Assembly: GCA_048938025.1 (NCBI GenBank)
Contig: JBHLMP010000001.1
Coordinates: 22,291 to 86,290 of the forward strand
From: Promethearchaeota archaeon
GTDB taxonomy: Archaea; Asgardarchaeota; Lokiarchaeia; Sigyniarchaeales; SOKP01
Length of the DNA stretch: 64,000 bases
Direction of reading: 5' to 3'
The notes under the pieces are model-generated. The model ran no database searches and was not told the origin of the DNA. It saw only the letters and a list, made by a program, of their open reading frames with translations. The translations under genes were made by a program, and so were the position numbers. Of the stretch, positions 31,113-41,389 are shown piece by piece. Within the stretch, counting starts at the first letter, position 1. Every line of letters starts with the position of its first letter.

Positions 31113-34100
31113 TCATTTAAGATTTATAATCTTTATTAAATGCATAGGCTTTATTACAACAGGACCTAGTAAACCAGAAGGAGCTAAATCTTTTTTCCTA
31201 TGATTTCTCCAATCTTCTCCTCCTTTCTTTGCATATCCTACTAAACGATTTCGCAAAGTTGGTATTATTTCAATTTCAACAATATTTTCTCCAATTTTAA
31301 CATAATTTGAAATATCACTTTCATAAGGGGGTACTAATATTGGTTTTAATTCATTCCCGTTTACTTTAACTATTACTACATCATATACTCTTCCTAATGA
31401 TAATATTAATTTTATATCTTCATGAATGTGAATTTTTTTTATATTGAATTTTGAAGAGTATAGCCCTCTACTGGAACAATATTGTAATTTAGGAATTTGA
31501 CGCCAATCTCTCAATTCTGTTAAATCCATCTCAACAGATTCTATATTTCCTAAATAATCTCTTAATTTTGTTTTTAGATGCCAATTTTTAATAGAAATAG
31601 AAGATAATAATTTATCAGAGGCTTCAATTATCTTTTTAGTATTATCACTTAGAACAGTCATAATAGGACTTGGAGTATCCATATATCCAATAATCTTTTT
31701 ATCTTTTCTTTCCGTTTTTATTGGACTTTTTTTTACATGAACTTTCTCACGGGATTTTTTGAATCCTATTAATTTTGACCCATATGCTTCAAAATATAAA
31801 TCCATCTTAATACTATTTTCTAATTTTTCATATTGTGGCGCTTGTTTTACTTCACCTGTCCAAGGATCCAAAATAAAAGGTATTTTATTGTAAATAGGAA
31901 ACTTTACTATTACTTTTTTAGGTTGATTAGTGGAATGACGTAAAAAAAAATAATCACACTTCTTTGTCTTTTTATGAATGTAATGTATTGTAGATTGTTC
32001 CTCTTCAAATACCAATCCAGGATTAATATTTAATTTCGTTCTTAAGAATAGCGGTACTTCATTAATATCCTTTAAATAATAAACATAACCCGATTTAATT
32101 AAACTTTTAATAATTGTTTCTATTTTTTTGTCATTCTCTTTATAGTTTAAAAACCCATTTTGTTTTAGTGGCAACTTTTTGAGAAATAGTATCCTTATTC
32201 CATCATTAGCAAGTTTTTGTAATTTTTCTGCTAAACTAAGCGAGATCTTTTCAATATTTAGTAGAATTAAAACATCAAATTTTGAATGACCAATAATTAA
32301 CTTATCATTTTTTGCAATACTCTCTAGAATACCTTCCTCGTTTACATGAGTGTAAAAATATCCTCTGCTTGTTAAGATATCAGTTAGGCTTAGCATAAAT
32401 AAAGTCCATTTATCATTTAAATCAAATTTTTCCCACTCTTTAAGATTACCTCCAACCTGATCTTTATTAATCGGAATATCATTTTCATCCAAATACCCAC
32501 CAACTAATTCTTCCTGCTTTAAGACTGAATCATTATAATTGAATAGAGGGTAAAAAAGGATTATATTACTTATTGTTCTCCCACTTTGTAATACTAATTG
32601 GCATCTTGTAATATAATTATTTATAATAGGAAAAAACTCCCAAAATGGATTATTTTTGTTAAAATTTGATGAATAATTAAAAATTCTTGGTAAATATGCT
32701 GTTGAAAACCCACAATAACCTGGATATGGAAATGATGGATTATCATAGGGAAATCCATGGTAAATCAACTGATTGATCCCAGATATGAATAATCTATCAG
32801 CAGCAACTTTCATTTTAAGAGGCGTTGTCAAATAATCCCTTTGATTCCATACTGAATATTCTGCTGTAATTAAAGGTTTTTCATAGATTAAACCTGCTGA
32901 TCCTGCAAATTTTAGGAAATCAATTATACCTCCTGCATATAGTTGTTCAGTCTCAGGTATATCTGAAAAACTATATGCTTTTAGTGTATCTGCTCTTATG
33001 CCGTAAGCTTGAATCCTATTTTTAAGTTTATTTTTAATAGTCCATTCAGTAATAGTTTGTACATATTCTTCTATAAATGAATCTGAAATTGTTAACTCTA
33101 AATCATATCTAATTCTTTCTCCACTCCCATCCTCAAAATCAAAAGCAGGAGTTTCACCTCCTAACCTAGCTTTACGATATTTATTATCTCTATTCGGTAC
33201 AAAACAAACCGGTAGAAATTTTCTAAGATCATAACCACGTTTTTTTTTGAACTGCTTGAAAAAATCATCTGTCCATAGCCAATCAGAACTTAATTCCAAA
33301 CTATCAGTAAATATTCCCCTAAAGGTTTTACCAAAATGATTCTTAAAATATCTTTTTCCTTTTCCTATATGTAAATCTAAATGGTTTTTTAAAGATTTAG
33401 ATGAAAGATGGTCCAAAACTAAGCTGTACTTCTCAGTTGAAGAACGACAATCTAATATTGGGCGCGCTCCAGAAGGAATACTATAAAATACAAAAATCTG
33501 CCATAAGCCTATTGGGACATCCCATTCTAAACTCCCTTTTGTAGTAACATTATCAGTTAAATCCAAAATTGAATCTTTATCTATAAAAGTCGTTTGGACA
33601 TTATTATAATCAATTCTTCCACGTTCAGTATTAGGTTTAGCAGCTATAACAGCTTCCAATTTCAAATTTTTTTCAAAATTAACCTTTTTATAATGAGCTA
33701 AGTTTGGAGGATCAGTGAATTTTGGTAAATCACCCGAATAATAAAATGGACCTTCAATAGTTAATTCTCCTATCAATAATGTTTTCATTGAATCCTCTTT
33801 AGAAATGTGTGTACCACCAGTAGGCCAGGAAGATCCAATCGTTAAGTCAATAATCATACCTCTCTTTGAAGCCTCTTCCAAAACTACTTCAATACAGGAA
33901 TAATAATATGGTTGCATAAACCTATGAGACCTTAAAGCTCGCTCCTTATCAATGATCTCTAAATTAACTGGAGAACCTATCATAAAAGCTTGTATCTCTG
34001 CTCCTAAGAATCCTGCGTCATCTAATTCTTGAACTTCTTTTATTAATTCTTCTTTTTCTACATCTAAACCTGTCCACCACCAACGAACCATAGGTCGTGC

Positions 34101-34157
34101 AGATTTTGGAGGATTTTTAAAATCATCCCATCTTATATCTTTTAAATTTAAAGACAT
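31113..34157 (-). CDS. GH106 family glycoside hydrolase (alpha-L-rhamnosidase-like)
   Basis: F..PP.SARPMVRWWW, GSSWPTGG, FTDSLE, DIPETE, GINQLIYHG, PSGLLGPV. Confidence 0.85.
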   Translation of the reverse strand: MSLNLKDIRWDDFKNPPKSARPMVRWWWTGLDVEKEELIKEVQELDDAGFLGAEIQAFMIGSPVNLEIIDKERALRSHRFMQPYYYSCIEVVLEEASKRGMIIDLTIGSSWPTGGTHISKEDSMKTLLIGELTIEGPFYYSGDLPKFTDPPNLAHYKKVNFEKNLKLEAVIAAKPNTERGRIDYNNVQTTFIDKDSILDLTDNVTTKGSLEWDVPIGLWQIFVFYSIPSGARPILDCRSSTEKYSLVLDHLSSKSLKNHLDLHIGKGKRYFKNHFGKTFRGIFTDSLELSSDWLWTDDFFKQFKKKRGYDLRKFLPVCFVPNRDNKYRKARLGGETPAFDFEDGSGERIRYDLELTISDSFIEEYVQTITEWTIKNKLKNRIQAYGIRADTLKAYSFSDIPETEQLYAGGIIDFLKFAGSAGLIYEKPLITAEYSVWNQRDYLTTPLKMKVAADRLFISGINQLIYHGFPYDNPSFPYPGYCGFSTAYLPRIFNYSSNFNKNNPFWEFFPIINNYITRCQLVLQSGRTISNIILFYPLFNYNDSVLKQEELVGGYLDENDIPINKDQVGGNLKEWEKFDLNDKWTLFMLSLTDILTSRGYFYTHVNEEGILESIAKNDKLIIGHSKFDVLILLNIEKISLSLAEKLQKLANDGIRILFLKKLPLKQNGFLNYKENDKKIETIIKSLIKSGYVYYLKDINEVPLFLRTKLNINPGLVFEEEQSTIHYIHKKTKKCDYFFLRHSTNQPKKVIVKFPIYNKIPFILDPWTGEVKQAPQYEKLENSIKMDLYFEAYGSKLIGFKKSREKVHVKKSPIKTERKDKKIIGYMDTPSPIMTVLSDNTKKIIEASDKLLSSISIKNWHLKTKLRDYLGNIESVEMDLTELRDWRQIPKLQYCSSRGLYSSKFNIKKIHIHEDIKLILSLGRVYDVVIVKVNGNELKPILVPPYESDISNYVKIGENIVEIEIIPTLRNRLVGYAKKGGEDWRNHRKKDLAPSGLLGPVVIKPMHLIKIINLK

Positions 34158-34294
34158 AGAGATATTTTAATAGTTTTTTTAAATATAAATATTCTTCTCA
34201 CTTATTCTATATATTTTTATTAGTATAATATTCTCAAATACTTTTATAGAAAATTAGAAGAAAATTATTATATTATAAGTTCTTTAATGAAATT

Positions 34295-35002
34295 ATGAGA
34301 AAAGAAGATCTATTAAACTCTTATAATTCTGAATTTCTAAGGAAAGCTGGAATTGAATTTAAAAAGTCAGAGAAAATTAATGAAAAAAATACCCAATTAC
34401 TTAAAACAGGTACCACTACTGTAGGGTTGGTATGTAAGAATGCTGTAATTTTAGGAGCAGATAAAAGAGCCTCGATGGCATATTTTGTTGCTAGTAAAAC
34501 TGCTGAAAAGTTACATAAAATTCAAGATCATCTTTATATGACAATTGCAGGTGCTGTGGCTGATGCTCAATATCTTATTGATGTTTTACGTGCAGAAACG
34601 ACTATATTTCAATTAGCACATGACGGTAAATCTATTTTAATTAAATCTGCTGGAAAATTATTATCAAACATCTTATATCAAAATAAAATGTTTCCCTTTG
34701 AAGTGGGACTTATTTTAGGAGGTCTTACAGAAGAAGAAGGTCCTACTCTCCTGGAGATTGGTGCTTATGGCTCAATTTTACCAGAGAAATATTGCGCTAT
34801 TGGAAGTGGACAAAATTTCTCATATGGTGTCTTAGAAGCAAAATATAAAGATAACTTATCCATTAAAGAAGGGAAAGAAATTATTAAATCAGCAATATCC
34901 GCATCTATTATAAGAGATATGGCTTCAGGCGATGGCATAGACATAGTTGTAATTAAAGCTTCTGGGGTATCCAAACGAGAGTTTATCTCAATTCATAAAT
35001 GA
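34295..35002 (+). CDS. psmB: Proteasome subunit beta
   Basis: Propeptide followed by KTG|TTTVG, ADKRAS, AGAVADAQ, AIGSG, RDMASGDG. Confidence 0.95.
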   Translation: MRKEDLLNSYNSEFLRKAGIEFKKSEKINEKNTQLLKTGTTTVGLVCKNAVILGADKRASMAYFVASKTAEKLHKIQDHLYMTIAGAVADAQYLIDVLRAETTIFQLAHDGKSILIKSAGKLLSNILYQNKMFPFEVGLILGGLTEEEGPTLLEIGAYGSILPEKYCAIGSGQNFSYGVLEAKYKDNLSIKEGKEIIKSAISASIIRDMASGDGIDIVVIKASGVSKREFISIHK

Positions 35003-35244
35003 GATATATAGATTAACAAGTTCTAAGAAATGATGAATCTTATTATCATACTTCATCAATAAAGGACAACTTATTATTTGAATTATAATAATATAGAAAT
35101 TGCTGTTGTTAAACAAAAAGCCCAGCAAATAAACAATTTATTCCAATAAAGGGCTAACAATTATCACTATTTTTCTGTATTATTCTATTTTTATCTCTTC
35201 TCCTGCTATTTAAATATTATGTAAAAAGAAACTTTAAATAGAAG

Positions 35245-35290
35245 CTTTATAAAAATCTTTATAAAAATAAATATCTTTATAAAAATAAAT
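35245..35290. repeat. Three near-tandem copies of CTTTATAAAAAT upstream of the GIFT-domain gene
   Basis: ctttataaaaat-ctttataaaaataaat-at-ctttataaaaataaat. Confidence 0.6.
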
Positions 35291-35394
35291 TACATATTAT
35301 AAAGTTAGAAGAAATAACTCGTTATAGAACTTAGATAGAACATTTATAAACATTAAGAATTGATCAAGAATTGAATCGTGGAGTGACGCCAAAA

Positions 35395-36123
35395 ATGAGC
35401 TACAAAATAATAGTAGACTTATCTCATAAGGAACAGATTGAAGAATTTCCTGAGTTCTCTTTAGGAGAGGATGAATATGAGGTTGAGTATATAGACAAGA
35501 ACGAGGGACCCATAGAGTTTGATATACTTGAAGATTTTGATGTTTTATTTATTGGAAATATCAAAGCTTCACAAGATGGTAAAGCTGATAAGTTTTCACA
35601 AGAAGAATTACTTGCAATTAAAAAATTTGTAGGAGAAGGTGGCGGGTTATTTCTAACTAGTGGAGATGGGGGAGATAAAGATATTCCTATGAAAAAAGGC
35701 TCAATTAGAGTTTTATATAAGATTACAGGGGTACGAAGATTTTGGAATGGGATTATACAAGAAGTTCCTTCCAATTTTCTAGTTAATCGAAATAATCTAT
35801 TAGTTACAGAACTTTTTAGCCATCCTATAACTGAAGGAGTTACAGAGTTAGTTCTTCCAAATTGTACTTTCTTTACAATCTCCGAAGAAGACGTAGAAGA
35901 TATTATTCTAACCTCTGAAAAATCTGAGTTTAAATATTATTTTGATGATGACGTTAGCGCTCTTGGTCCAGTACCTATATGTGTGGTCTCTGAATTCTAT
36001 AATGGTAGATGTGTTAGCATAGGATCCTCAGATTGGATGATAGAAGATTCTGATTTTGGATTGGATGCAGGAGATAATTTGAAGTTCCTCTCTAATATCA
36101 TTGAATGGTTATCTTTGGATTAA
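35395..36123 (+). CDS. Class I glutamine-amidotransferase-like GIFT/DUF4350 domain protein (IFT52-like)
   Basis: IIVDLSHKE, FSQEELLAIKKFVGEGGGLF, HPITEGV, GRCVSIGSS, DNLKFLSNIIEWL; start placed at ATG 35395. Confidence 0.68.
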   Translation: MSYKIIVDLSHKEQIEEFPEFSLGEDEYEVEYIDKNEGPIEFDILEDFDVLFIGNIKASQDGKADKFSQEELLAIKKFVGEGGGLFLTSGDGGDKDIPMKKGSIRVLYKITGVRRFWNGIIQEVPSNFLVNRNNLLVTELFSHPITEGVTELVLPNCTFFTISEEDVEDIILTSEKSEFKYYFDDDVSALGPVPICVVSEFYNGRCVSIGSSDWMIEDSDFGLDAGDNLKFLSNIIEWLSLD

Positions 36124-36153
36124 TTATAATTAATTTTATGAATTTTAATTAAT

Positions 36154-37266
36154 ATGGTTTTTAGACTCCTTCGCCCGGATTCAGTATCCGTTTGGGAAAA
36201 TGAAGAAATTATTAAAAGATATTCAAAATATAAAGGTATTATAGAGGGTACAAATTTAGCAAGATATTTAATTGCTAAGAGTCTTGAATGTGAATTTAAT
36301 TATGATGATAGCATTGAAATTCTTGAAAAACTGTTAAAGGAAAAATCTAAGGAATTTAATGAACTAATAAAAAAAGATACAAAAGAAATAAAAAATCGAA
36401 AGATTGCTGCTATATCATATATTGATTTAGCCGAAAAGATTGCAAATAAATATCTCAAAAGCTGTATTTTCTGTGAACGTCAATGTAAAGCTAATAGACT
36501 TGATGGAGAAAAAGGATTTTGTTTAATAAATAAAGATTCATACGTTTCTTCAGCTTTTCTGCATATGGGTGAAGAAAGTGTATTGATACCAAGTGGTACA
36601 ATTTTCTTTCAAGGATGCAATTTTGGATGTGTTTTTTGTCAAAATTATGATATTTCTCAAGCTTGGAAAGGTCAGAGAAATATTGAAGATATTGCCCAAA
36701 AAGTTTCTATTAAAGAATTGGCTACTATTGCTGATAAGTTAGTAGATAAAGGCGCTATAAATATTAATTATGTAGGAGGCGATCCCATACCAAATATTCA
36801 TACTATAATTGGAAGTCTTAAATATCAGCAATCTAATATCTGTCAATTATGGAATTCTAATTTCTATCTAACTAATGAGTCATTATCATTAATTATAGAT
36901 TTTATAGATTTCTGGCTTCCAGATTTTAAGTATGGGAACAATGAATGTGCCAAGAAGTATTCTGGTATAGATAATTACTTCGATATCATTGCCAGAAATC
37001 ATAAAAGAGTCCATGATAAGGGAAGTGGAGAAATATGTATAAGGCACCTTGTAATGCCCGGACATATTGAGTGTTGTAGTAAGCCAATTTTGGACTATGC
37101 CAAAAAAGAATTACCGAAAGCAGTCTTCAATATTATGGGACAATATCGTCCCCAATATAAGGCATTTCAATATGAAGAAATAAATAGAAGACCCACATCC
37201 CAAGAAATAAGAGAAGTAAAAAATTATGCTGATGCATTAGGAATTCTTTATAAGCCTGTCTCATAA
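36154..37266 (+). CDS. Radical SAM protein, PflX/COG1313 family
   Basis: CIFCERQC..NR, HMGEE, GTIFFQGCNFGCVFCQN, DFKYGN, RHLVMPGH, MGQYRP. Confidence 0.9.
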   Translation: MVFRLLRPDSVSVWENEEIIKRYSKYKGIIEGTNLARYLIAKSLECEFNYDDSIEILEKLLKEKSKEFNELIKKDTKEIKNRKIAAISYIDLAEKIANKYLKSCIFCERQCKANRLDGEKGFCLINKDSYVSSAFLHMGEESVLIPSGTIFFQGCNFGCVFCQNYDISQAWKGQRNIEDIAQKVSIKELATIADKLVDKGAININYVGGDPIPNIHTIIGSLKYQQSNICQLWNSNFYLTNESLSLIIDFIDFWLPDFKYGNNECAKKYSGIDNYFDIIARNHKRVHDKGSGEICIRHLVMPGHIECCSKPILDYAKKELPKAVFNIMGQYRPQYKAFQYEEINRRPTSQEIREVKNYADALGILYKPVS

Positions 37267-37356
37267 AGCAGACTTAATTTTAAAAAAATCTTTAAGTAAT
37301 CATTTATTTTAAAACTTAATTTCTATTGTCCAAGTAATTTTATTTAATTGATTTTA

Positions 37357-38484
37357 ATGTCTCTTGAACTAAACGATGTAAAAGGAATTGGGAAAAAAAT
37401 CGATGTTCTAAAGGAAGCAGGAATCGATTCAGTTGAAAAATTAGCAGGGTCTAAATTAGAAGATTTAACTGATATAAAGGGAATTGGAAGAACTACAGCA
37501 GAAAAAATAATTGACAATGCAAAAGAGTTATTAAAAAGCTCAAAAAGTGACTCAGCAGAAATTTTAAAAGAAGAAAAACTTGAATCGGTTGAATCTGAAG
37601 ATGAAGAGAGAAAAGTTCAAGAGGAACTTAAAAAATTAGAAGAAAAGAAGGGAAAACTCCAAGGTAAGAAAGTTGAAAAAGGCGATTTTATTTTAGTTAA
37701 AATAACAGGTAAAACTCAAAGAGGTAAGGTTTTTAGAGTATCATCTGAAGAAGATGCAAAAACAGCAGGTATATATGATGAACAAAAAGCAAAACAAGGT
37801 TTTTATTCTCCAGACTTTATTATTGTCAGTAAACCAGGTTTTTTAAATGAGGGACTTACTGAAACAATAGAAAATATGAATTATTTTGAGAAAAAATCTG
37901 TAAGAGTACCTCCAACTAAAGCATTTGGGAAAAGAGATCCGAAAAAAATTGAAAGAATAGGAATTGCTAAATTTAGAAAATTAAATGAAGGTAAAAATCC
38001 TGAAATTGGACAAGATTTTACTAAACAAACTCAAGGACAAGTGCAAAGGGGGACAGTAACGAATGTTGTACAAGGAAGAGTTATTATTGATTATAATCAT
38101 CCATTAGCAGGTCAACCTTTAGATTATAACATAGAAATTATTGATAAGATTGAAGATTTTAATGAAAAAATAGAATATTTTATGATTAGTAAAGGAATTC
38201 CAAAAGAAGATGTTGGAAATTTTGAATTGAGTTATAACATAAAAAATAAAATTCTTGAGATAATAATTCCAAAAATGTTTCTATTTCAGAATTTAACTTA
38301 TTTCAAATTTGGTTTGGCTATGGATCTTCAAACTCATATGTCTGATGAAATTGGCGATGTGAAGTTTATCGAGATTTTTGAAAAAATTCCGATTCCACCA
38401 ACTCCTTCAGAATCAGTTGAGCAAAAAATTGAAGATTACAATATAGAGAAAGAAAAAGAGAATAAAAAAGAATCAAAAAATTAA
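37357..38484 (+). CDS. Archaeal long-type FKBP peptidyl-prolyl isomerase with an N-terminal helix-hairpin-helix extension
   Basis: VKGIG...IKGIGRTTAEKII (HhH); KGDFILV, PPTKAFGKRDP, DYNHPLAG. Confidence 0.85.
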   Translation: MSLELNDVKGIGKKIDVLKEAGIDSVEKLAGSKLEDLTDIKGIGRTTAEKIIDNAKELLKSSKSDSAEILKEEKLESVESEDEERKVQEELKKLEEKKGKLQGKKVEKGDFILVKITGKTQRGKVFRVSSEEDAKTAGIYDEQKAKQGFYSPDFIIVSKPGFLNEGLTETIENMNYFEKKSVRVPPTKAFGKRDPKKIERIGIAKFRKLNEGKNPEIGQDFTKQTQGQVQRGTVTNVVQGRVIIDYNHPLAGQPLDYNIEIIDKIEDFNEKIEYFMISKGIPKEDVGNFELSYNIKNKILEIIIPKMFLFQNLTYFKFGLAMDLQTHMSDEIGDVKFIEIFEKIPIPPTPSESVEQKIEDYNIEKEKENKKESKN

Positions 38485-38510
38485 AAATCTATTTCATAGA
38501 TCCTTCTAAT

Positions 38511-39479
38511 TTAAGTAATTTTAACTTTAGTTACTAATTCTTGTTTTTTCTTTTCCTTCTCCTTTTTGTACTCCTCTTTCTTTTTCTGATATAAAGCTCG
38601 CTTACGTTGAAATTCTAGTCTTCTTATTATCGGCCTTTTCTTCTTTTTTAGATATTCCTTTTTCGATTTTTTATATTCTTTTTTTGCTTTTTTATATTCC
38701 TTTTTTTTAATTTTATATCTTTTATATTGTCTCTTAATCTTGTGACGAAGATCCTTGCTGATTTCTTTTATTCCTAATTCTTTTAATTGTCTTTTGAACT
38801 TTTCAAATGATTCAAATCTTAAAACTATAATTCCTAATTCCCTAGCAGGAACTAAATTTCGAATTTTATCATCAATAAATATACATTTCTTAGGAGATGT
38901 ATCTAATTTTTTTAAAACATATTTGTATTTATCCATATTGGGTTTAATTAAGCCAATTTCATTAGATAAAAACACGTGATCAAAAATATCATAAAACCCC
39001 TTTAATAAATTTGATTTAGCATGAATATCGAAGGTATTTGACATTAAACTTACAATATATCCAGCCTTATGTAAACGTTCAATTGTTTCTGCCATATCAG
39101 AAGAGAAATGTGTTAGCATTGAATATAATTCAAACCAGATTTCTAAATAGTATTCAACATTTACTTTTTTTGGAGGTAGAGCACCATCTTTTTTTTGAGA
39201 AGGATAATAATATTTATCAAAAATTTTTTCTAAAAATTCTTTAGCACTAATTCTACCTGAACTAAGACTTCGCCTAAATTTTCGAAAATACGAATCCTCA
39301 GAAGTCGGTATAGTAATATTTAAATCAGACTGTATTAAATCAAATAAATTTTTTAAAATAAAGGTTTTTTCAATCATTACACCCCCAAAATCAAATATAA
39401 AATGCTTAATTTTATACAGTCTAACCTTTTGAGTTTTTCCAAATATCTTAAAGGTTTTTAACTCTTCTGGTGTACTCAT
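38511..39479 (-). CDS. HAD family phosphatase (YihX-like) with a Lys-rich C-terminal tail
   Basis: FDFGGV, MSNT, SNEIGLIKP, FIDDKIRNL..ARELG; tail with repeated KKEYKK. Confidence 0.85.
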   Translation of the reverse strand: MSTPEELKTFKIFGKTQKVRLYKIKHFIFDFGGVMIEKTFILKNLFDLIQSDLNITIPTSEDSYFRKFRRSLSSGRISAKEFLEKIFDKYYYPSQKKDGALPPKKVNVEYYLEIWFELYSMLTHFSSDMAETIERLHKAGYIVSLMSNTFDIHAKSNLLKGFYDIFDHVFLSNEIGLIKPNMDKYKYVLKKLDTSPKKCIFIDDKIRNLVPARELGIIVLRFESFEKFKRQLKELGIKEISKDLRHKIKRQYKRYKIKKKEYKKAKKEYKKSKKEYLKKKKRPIIRRLEFQRKRALYQKKKEEYKKEKEKKKQELVTKVKIT

Positions 39480-39558
39480 TTTCTACCGGATCTTATTTTA
39501 TAATTAAAATAATTACTTTTTAAAGATAAAAATTTTCTTTATTCTACGATAAATATAT

Positions 39559-40371
39559 TCAAATATTACGAAATTCTCTAAATCTTTTTAAGATTAGATT
39601 ACATATTGCCTCGACAGGAGAAATATTATCTACTTGCCACTGATCGAATTCTGGAAATGATCCAGGATCAACTATATATAATTTATTACTTGATTCTTCT
39701 CTGACAATATCTAAATGTCCGAAAATACCATTTTCTCTTAATAAATTTTTCCACTTTTGAATTACCATCTCAATATCTTTTGGTGTTTGGATGAATTCCA
39801 TATGAACATGTTCATTGGATAATGGAGGTTTAATTAAGGTACAAATTTCTTCACCGATAAAGTATACATTATAATGTTCCCCTTTAATATATTTTTCTAA
39901 ATATAATATTTTATTACTATTATAGGCTCTTAAATCCTTAAAAGAGTTTATAATTTTAACACCTTTACTTCCAGAGCCCATAATTGGTTTTAAAATTAGA
40001 GGAAAATCATTATTATTAAGTTCTTTTTTCAAAGTTTCTACAGTACTTAAATAGATATTCGGGGGTGAAAGTCTGGCTTTTTTTATTAAAAAGTATGAAT
40101 GTATTCTATTTTTCTGTAAAAATGAAGTATCTGGATCAGGGATAACTGGTATTTCATTTGCTTTTAAGTATTGACCAGCATAAATAAAGAAAAGATTTTT
40201 TGATTTTAAAATAAAAAAATCGTTTGATAAAAGTGTATCATTGATACTAAGATTGTCTAAAGTATAGATTTTAACATTAAAACCTGTATTATTTTCGAAA
40301 AACTGCTTCATTTTGCCTGTAAACATTGTTTTCCTTTTAGATAAGATTCCTATATTCAATTTAAGCCACAT
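39559..40371 (-). CDS. ATP-grasp protein, ITPK1-like inositol phosphate kinase candidate (divergent)
   Basis: FPLILKP..GSGSKGV, LEKYI, YNVYFIG, GHLDIV, IVDPGSFPEF; clustered with INO1. Confidence 0.7.
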   Translation of the reverse strand: MWLKLNIGILSKRKTMFTGKMKQFFENNTGFNVKIYTLDNLSINDTLLSNDFFILKSKNLFFIYAGQYLKANEIPVIPDPDTSFLQKNRIHSYFLIKKARLSPPNIYLSTVETLKKELNNNDFPLILKPIMGSGSKGVKIINSFKDLRAYNSNKILYLEKYIKGEHYNVYFIGEEICTLIKPPLSNEHVHMEFIQTPKDIEMVIQKWKNLLRENGIFGHLDIVREESSNKLYIVDPGSFPEFDQWQVDNISPVEAICNLILKRFREFRNI

Positions 40372-41187
40372 TTATTTTTTTGCTTGTTCTAATAAAAAAT
40401 CTGCTACGATCTTTGCACCATTTTTGATATAATTAAAATTTGGAGTGCAATTAATATCAGTTAAAAAAAATTGACCTTTTGATTTTAAAAAATCAAGAGA
40501 AGTTAACTTTAAATCCATAATTTCCATAGCCTTAATACAATATTCTTTTAATTCAGCAATTTCATCGATCTCGTGTCGTGATTCCACTTTATTAGAGTTA
40601 ACTAAAATTGGGAGTTGTTTATAAAAATATATTTTATCACCAATACCGTAGATTTTATATTCCCATTTGCTTTTTATAAATTTCTGATAATAAAGATAAT
40701 TATATCTAGGGTCTTCGGTATCAACTTCAAGTAAAGCTCTTTCATCAGCTACTTGTAGTTGTCCATTTTGTTTCTTAACTATAGGTTTGAATTTGTAGTT
40801 CTTTTGATCAATTATATTTTTTATAATATAGTCCTTAAAATGAGGTAAAATACCTTTAGGATTTAATGTGAAATCTGGTATAGGAATTCCAGCCTCTTTT
40901 AAATACACACTATTTAAAAATCGATTAATAGCTAACCAGCATCCCTTATAGGAGTTTATAACAGGTATTGATGTTTCTTCTTCAATGAATTTTACTAATC
41001 CTAAGATAAGATCACCTTTACCTTTAACAAAAAAGATATCTTCATCAAGTTTCAAATTTGAACTGTCTACGAGAAATGATTCTTCAATATACAATTTAAC
41101 TTCTGCTTTTGATCTCAGATATTTTAAGAAATCAGTAACTTTATATTTCAAGTGGTATTTGTCAATAATTATTCCTACTTTTTTCAA
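40372..41187 (-). CDS. ATP-grasp protein, ITPK1-like inositol phosphate kinase candidate
   Basis: YQKFI, EYKIYGIG, SLDFL, TDINCTPNF. Confidence 0.75.
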   Translation of the reverse strand: MKKVGIIIDKYHLKYKVTDFLKYLRSKAEVKLYIEESFLVDSSNLKLDEDIFFVKGKGDLILGLVKFIEEETSIPVINSYKGCWLAINRFLNSVYLKEAGIPIPDFTLNPKGILPHFKDYIIKNIIDQKNYKFKPIVKKQNGQLQVADERALLEVDTEDPRYNYLYYQKFIKSKWEYKIYGIGDKIYFYKQLPILVNSNKVESRHEIDEIAELKEYCIKAMEIMDLKLTSLDFLKSKGQFFLTDINCTPNFNYIKNGAKIVADFLLEQAKK

Positions 41188-41389
41188 ATAATTACCCTAA
41201 ACAGCCTTTTATCAATGAAATAGAACTTTTTCTTTAATACTTAATAAATAATATTTATCTAATTTAAATAAACTCAAAATAATTGTGTTTTAATTAATTA
41301 ACTTTGTTATACTAATTTCCTAAATTATTATCAATATATTTATATAAGATTATTTATTCATAATTTATCAAAATAATAGGGTTTTTTAA

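Noticed and set aside
35003-35110. Box C-like ATGATGA and a TGATGAA/TTCATCA inverted repeat after psmB (C/D sRNA?)
   Set aside because: No box D (CTGA) at a suitable distance
35245-35290. Triple CTTTATAAAAAT repeat as CRISPR array or origin (ORB) repeats
   Set aside because: No spacers, no G-string and no cdc6/cas gene nearby; more likely slippage or iterated TATA-like boxes
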